From the NCBI RefSeq assembly GCF_009914755.1, contig NC_060948.1: 64,000 nt of DNA. One strand, given 5' to 3'. Source of the stretch: the human T2T-CHM13v2.0 reference genome, Homo sapiens. This document shows positions 57,782-64,000 of this stretch, in pieces. Below the pieces are notes generated by a model that worked only from the letters and a program-made list of their open reading frames with translations, ran no database searches and had not been told where the DNA came from. Numbering within the stretch: position 1 is the stretch's first letter; the number at the start of each line of letters is the position of its first letter. Made by a program: the position numbers and the translations under genes.

Positions 57782-59763
57782 CCTGTCCATTACACTACAT
57801 TCCCTTCCATTCCAATGAATTCCATTCCATTCCAATCCATTCCTTTCCTTTCGCTTGCATTCCATTCTATTCTCTTCTACTGCATACAATTTCACTCCAT
57901 TCGTTCCCATTTCATTCAATTCCATTCCATTCAATTCCATTCCATTTGTTTCCATTCTCTTCGATTCCATTTCTTATATTCCATGCCATTCGATTCCATT
58001 CTATTGGATTGCATTACATTCGTGTTCATTCCATTCCAGACCATTCCATTTAACTCCATTCCTTTCGAGCCCTTTCAATTTGAGTCCATTCCTTTCCAGT
58101 CCATTTCACTCCAGTCCATTACTATCCATTCCATACCATTCCATCCCATTGCATTCCATTCCATTCCATTGCATTGCATTCCATTCCATTCCATTCCATT
58201 GCACTGCACTCCATTCCATTACATTCTATTCTATTTGAGTCGATTTTATTGCATTAGATTCTATTCCATTGGATTACTTTCCATTCGATTACATTCCATT
58301 CATGTACATTCCATTCCAGTGAATTACAATCGAGTTCATTACATTACATTCCAGTATATTCCATTGTGTTCGATCCCATTCCTTTCAATTCCATTTCATT
58401 CGACTCCATTATATTCGATTCCATTCCACTCGAATCCATTCCATTAGAGGACATTCCATTCCAATGCATTCCATTCCATTCCAAAGCATTCCATTGCATT
58501 CGATTCCATTCCATTTGATGCCATTCCATGACATTCCATTCCATTCGAGTCCATTCCGTTCCAATTCATTCCATTCCGTTTCATGAAATTCGAGTCCTTT
58601 CCATTCCATTTCATTCCAATCCCATCCAATCCAATCTACTCCATTCAATTCCTTTCCATTCCATTTGATTATATTCCATTGATTTGATTCCATTCAGTTT
58701 GATTCCATTCCGTGAAATTTCGTTCCATTCTATTCCATTGCATTACTTTCCATTCAATTCCATTCCATTTCATTTCAGTCCATTCGCTTCCTTTCCTTTC
58801 GATTCAATTCTATTTTATTCCACTCCATTCTATGCGATTTCATTCCAATCGATTCAATTCCATTCGATGACATTCCTTTCGTTTCCATTCCCTTCGAGTC
58901 CATTCAATTTGAGCATTCGTGTCCATTCTATTCGAGTCCATTCCATTACCGTCTATTCTATTCCCTTCCATTCCTGTTGATTCAATTTCATTCCCTTCCA
59001 TTCGATTCCTTTCCATTCGATTCCATTCCTTTCCATTCCATTCCATTCGTTCCCATTCCATGTGATTTCATTCCATTCCAGTCCATTATATTCGAGTCCA
59101 CTCCACTCCATTCTATTACATTCAATTCCTTTTGAGTCCGTTCCATAACACTCCATTCATTTCGATTCCTTTTCTTGCCAGTTTTCTTCCATTTTATTCC
59201 ATTCCGTTCGATTCCATTCCACTCGATTGCATTCCATTCGAATCCTTTCTATTCCATTCCATTTCATTCGATTTGATTCCATTCTGTTCTATTCCATTCA
59301 ATTCTTTTTCATTCCATTCGAATCCTTTCTATTGCAGTCCATTCCATTCGATTCCATTCCAACCCCTTCGATTCCATTCCATTACAGTCCATTCCAATAG
59401 ATTCCATTCCTTTCCCTTTCATTCTAATCCATTCCATTTGTGTCAATTCCTTTCCAATCCATTCGACTGGATTTGATTCTCTTTCATTCTATTTGATTGC
59501 ATGGCATTCCATTCCGTTTGATTCCAGACCATTCAAGAAAGTTCCATTCCAGTCCATTGCTTTCGAGTCCATTCCATTCTACTCTAGTCTATTCCATTCC
59601 ATTCCTTTCCATTCCATTCCATACTATTCCATTCCATTCCTTTGCATTCCGTTTCCAATCTATTCGAGTCCATTGCATTCCAGTCCAATCCATTCGATTA
59701 TATTCCTTTTAATTCCCTGCTAGTCGATTGCATTGCATACTAGACCATTCCAAAGGAGTCCAT
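57782..59763 (+). repeat. DYZ1: Terminal truncated and degenerate DYZ1 monomer U17 (~1.98 kb)
   Basis: Colinear with other monomers but with several deletions after ~59240; stops at ...CCAAAGGAGTCCAT. Confidence 0.9.
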
Positions 59764-60666
59764 ATGATATATTATTTAAAGTATGTAATAAAATTATATA
59801 TAACATAATATATGGTTATATGTATTGTATTATATATTTACGTATAATACTATACAGTTATATATAATTTTAAATACTTATATATAATAAAATATAAAAC
59901 ATATATAATATATATCATAAAATATATATTGTATACCATATATATTATGTATCATATATTGTATGTTATATAACATATATTGTATATCATATATCATATA
60001 TTACAAGGTATATATAACACATTCCACATATTGTATATTATAAGGAATTTATAATATATGACATACGTTTTATTACATATAATAAATTCTACGTTATATG
60101 TAACATAGAATATATTCTATGTAACATGTGTATCCTATATCAAATATGTAATATATAACATATATTATTTATAATTAATAACATAGACATATAATATATA
60201 TATAATACATGTATTATACATACAAAGTATTATATATAATATATAATACATATCATATATATGTCATAAAATATAATATATATTATATGTCATATATTAT
60301 ATATACAGTTATATATTATTATATGTTTTTTTATATTATATATAACCAGATATAATATATATTAACTATAGTGAATGTTATATATAACGTAGATATAATA
60401 TATATAATGTATATTATATACTTAATACGTACATTAACCATATAATATATTTGGTATATGATATATAATATATATTATATATGTCATAAAATATAATTAT
60501 TATATGTCATAGTGTATAAATATAATAGTTATACATTACCAGTTATTATAATACATATAATATATATAATATAAATGCAGGATGTAAAACAGTATTATAT
60601 ATATATGTTACATATATTATATATATGATTCTATATATTATTATATACATAATGTATAGATATAAT
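59764..60666. repeat. DYZ2 AT-rich simple-sequence segment, copy 1 (5'-truncated at the junction)
   Basis: Degenerate TA/TAT/TAA sequence, colinear with ~62152-63086. Confidence 0.88.
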
Positions 60667-61232
60667 TGTGGGGGCCCTATTTCCCATCTCATAACTTGTT
60701 TTAAGAAGCGCAGCATAATAACGTGTGGGCTTGGGATTCAGTTCTTGAAACAAAACTCTGAGCCTTCAATGACCTTTCGGTCTATGTAAAAGCACTCCTG
60801 TCTTCTTGGCAGCAGTTGGACCTCACAATGTGGATTGTGCCCTCACCCAGCAATGTTTATGCCCTATCGCCATGGTGACGGAACTAGGGGTCTCCTGCTC
60901 TTCGTCCTAAGGACCACTGTCTGTGCTGTGTCTTTCAAAGGTCAGAAGAGATTGAACCTTTGTGGTTTTATTTTCCCTGAGTTTGCTTTTTCTCATGGGG
61001 AACCTGTGTTGCTGCTTTGAAGGTATATTCATACTGGCCTTTCAAATGCCAACTCTTCAAATTACTAGTTAAGTCTTTCAAAATATGTTATTTAAAAAAT
61101 TATCCTCTGTATTTTCCATATGCAGTTATAAGTATGTTTCATGGTTATGTTTTATTCTTCAGTTTATACATTTGATTATTGTATCAAGCAGAGTACTTTT
61201 GAAATTTTTTTTCATTTAAAAAATGTGGATCT
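60667..61232. repeat. DYZ2 HSATI (GC-richer) segment, copy 1
   Basis: Complex ~565-bp sequence between the AT-rich part and the Alu, ~98% identical to 63087-63652. HSATI name assigned from known DYZ2 architecture; boundaries approximate. Confidence 0.8.
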
Positions 61233-61524
<292 letters not shown>

Positions 61525-63086
61525 TTATATATGATATATATTACGTGTTATGTGCTATGCCTTATATGTAACATATAACCTCATATATTTTATATGTCAT
61601 AGTATATAATATTTATCCTGTGTCATCTTATATATACTATATATATTACAAAACATATATAATATATGATACATATTATACATCTTATATATGAAATTAT
61701 ATAATTATAGGTAACATAATACACATTTATATGTATTATGATATATAACAAAGGTACTATATCATATATGATATATAATATATATATTTGTAGTACATAT
61801 TATAATTTTTATATATTATAATTTATATAATGATATAATTTTTTATAGAATATAAATAATTATATATGATTATATAATTCTATATATTATAAATGAAAAT
61901 ATGTAGAATTACATGTTTATCTAGTTATATGTATAATAATATAATTATATATATAGTTATATATATCACATAATAGACAACATACATATTATATAATGTA
62001 TAATATATATTATAGAATATATGATACATGATATATATGATATTTAATATAACATAATATAATCTATATTATAATATTATGTATGTTACTTATATTGGGT
62101 GATATGTAATATATATTATGTAATACGAAATAATATACTATATATTATATTATGATATTTCATGTAAATGATGTTATAAAAGTATATATAACATAATATA
62201 TAGTTATATATAATATATTATATAGTTATATATATTATATTGCATATTTACATAAAATATTATACAGTTATATATAATTTCAAATAGTTATATATAACAG
62301 AATATAAAACATATAGGATACATATCATTAAATATATATTGTATACCATATATATTAGGTATAATATATTGTATGTTATATATCATATACTGTATATCAT
62401 ATATCATATATTATATGTTATATATATCACATTCAACATATTGTATATTAGAAATTATACATAATATGTTGCATTCTTTATTTTACATGTAATAAATTAT
62501 ACATTATAGGTAACATAGTATATATTGTATGTAACCGGTATATTCTATGTAAAATATATAATATATAACACATGTGACATGTAATTAATAACATAGTCAT
62601 ATAATATATATTTAATATAGGTATTATACATACAACGTATTATGTATAATATATAATATATATTACATATGTTATAAAATATAATATATATTATATGTCG
62701 CATTTTATATATACAATTATATATTATTATTTGTTGTTTTCTACTATATATAATATAGACATAATATATATATTATGCATAATGGGTATTATATATAACA
62801 GATATATTATATATAATATGTATAATGTATAATTTATATTTAATACGTATATTAACCATATAATATATTCTATATATGATATATAACATATATTATATAT
62901 GTCATAAATTATAATATATACTATATGTCATATTGTATAAATATAAAACTTATATATTATCAATTATTATATTTTATACAATATATATAACATAAGATGC
63001 AGGATGTAAAACAATATTATGCATAGGTTATATATATTATATATATGATACTGTATATTATTATATACATAATGTATACGTATGTT
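61525..63086. repeat. DYZ2 AT-rich simple-sequence segment, copy 2 (complete, ~1.56 kb)
   Basis: Extremely AT-rich degenerate (TA)n-like sequence; its start recurs at 63945. Confidence 0.9.
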
Positions 63087-63652
63087 TGTGGGTGCCCTTT
63101 TTCCCATCTCATAACTTGTTTTAAGAAGCGCAGCCTAATAACGTGTGGGCTTGGGATTCAGTTCTTGAAACAAAACTCTGAGCCTTCAATGACCTTTCGG
63201 TCTATGTAAAAGCACTCCTGTCTTCCTGGCAGCAGTTGGACCTCACAATGTGGATTGTGCCCTCACCCAGCAATGCTTATGCCCTATCGCCATGGTGACG
63301 GAATTAGGGGTCTCCTGCTCTTCGTCCTAAGGACCACTGTCTGTGCTGTGTCTTTCAAAGGTCAGAAGAGATTGAACCTTTGTGGTTTTATTTTCCCTGA
63401 GTTTGCTTTTTCTCATGGGGAACCTGTGTTGCTGCTTTGAAGGTATATTCATACTGGCCTTTCAAATGCCAACTCTTCAAATTACTAGTTAAGGCTTTCA
63501 AAATATGTTATTTAAAAAATTATCCTCTGTATTTTCCATATGCAGTTATAAGTAGGTTTCATGGTTATGTTTTATTCCTCAGTTTATACATTTGATTATT
63601 GTACCAAGCAGAGTACCTTTGAAATTTTTTTTCATTTAAAAAATATGGATCT
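63087..63652. repeat. DYZ2 HSATI segment, copy 2
   Basis: 2420-bp offset copy of 60667-61232. Confidence 0.8.

Positions 63653-64000
<348 letters not shown>

Larger units (their letters stand above)
1..59763 (+). repeat. DYZ1: DYZ1 / human satellite 3 (HSat3) tandem array: diverged (CATTC)n pentamers arranged in ~3.5-kb monomers (Yq12 heterochromatin)
   Basis: Continuous CATTC/CATTT/GATTC pentamers. Unique landmarks recur every ~3.5 kb, e.g. TTTATTCCAGG(C/T)CTGTCCATTACACTAC with the GG at 1290, 4805, 8320, 11879, 15414, 18934, 22469, 25989, 29493, 33027, 36546, 40090, 43634, 47143, 50687, 54236 and 57780. One HaeIII site followed closely by an EcoRI site (1327-1332) per unit, the monomer size and the adjacency to DYZ2 match the classical ~3.56-kb DYZ1 repeat (recognised from memory, not searched). 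Confidence 0.97.

Noticed and set aside
85-59723. Hundreds of ORFs (HSIPF-rich on +, MEWNG-rich on -), up to 305 aa
   Set aside because: Translating (CATTC)n or (GAATG)n gives stop-free FHSIP/MEWNG periodic peptides. ORFs overlap in all frames, many start at TTG/CTG, and they are freely frameshifted by 5- and 14-bp indels between monomers, so there is no sign of coding constraint.
1-59763. CRISPR-like or other prokaryotic repeat/defence system
   Set aside because: No repeat-unique spacer structure and no cas or other genes; the Alu and satellite content show this is primate DNA.
1-59763. Strand inversion within the DYZ1 array
   Set aside because: CATTC polarity stays on the + strand throughout; no GAATG-oriented block was seen.
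60835-61020. 61-aa ORF in HSATI, repeated at 63255-63440
   Set aside because: Short, non-ATG (TTG) start and no recognisable domain; its recurrence simply reflects the tandem duplication.

Overview
This is not a gene-bearing window. It is eukaryotic satellite DNA that I recognise as human Y-chromosome Yq12 heterochromatin, spanning a DYZ1-to-DYZ2 block boundary. Bases 1-59763 are a head-to-tail DYZ1 (HSat3) array: diverged CATTC pentamers organised into ~3.5-kb monomers (16 complete monomers of 3504-3559 bp plus two partial ones). Bases ~59764-64000 are DYZ2 (HSat1B) composite repeats with a 2420-bp period: an AT-rich simple-sequence part, an HSATI segment and a 5'-truncated, CpG-decayed Alu. 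All ORFs in the track are translation artefacts of the repeats, and I find no evidence for a new protein-coding system. Four kinds of structure merit a second look. (i) Each DYZ1 monomer carries three perfect tripartite heat-shock elements at fixed positions, about 47 intact in the window, on a background of TEAD-type CATTCC motifs. (ii) There are two monomer subfamilies with mosaic units. (iii) There is a recent monomer duplication and an incipient 7053-bp dimeric higher-order repeat. (iv) The DYZ1/DYZ2 junction is blunt and flanked on both sides by sequence that escaped homogenisation. All counts were made by eye and need computational confirmation.
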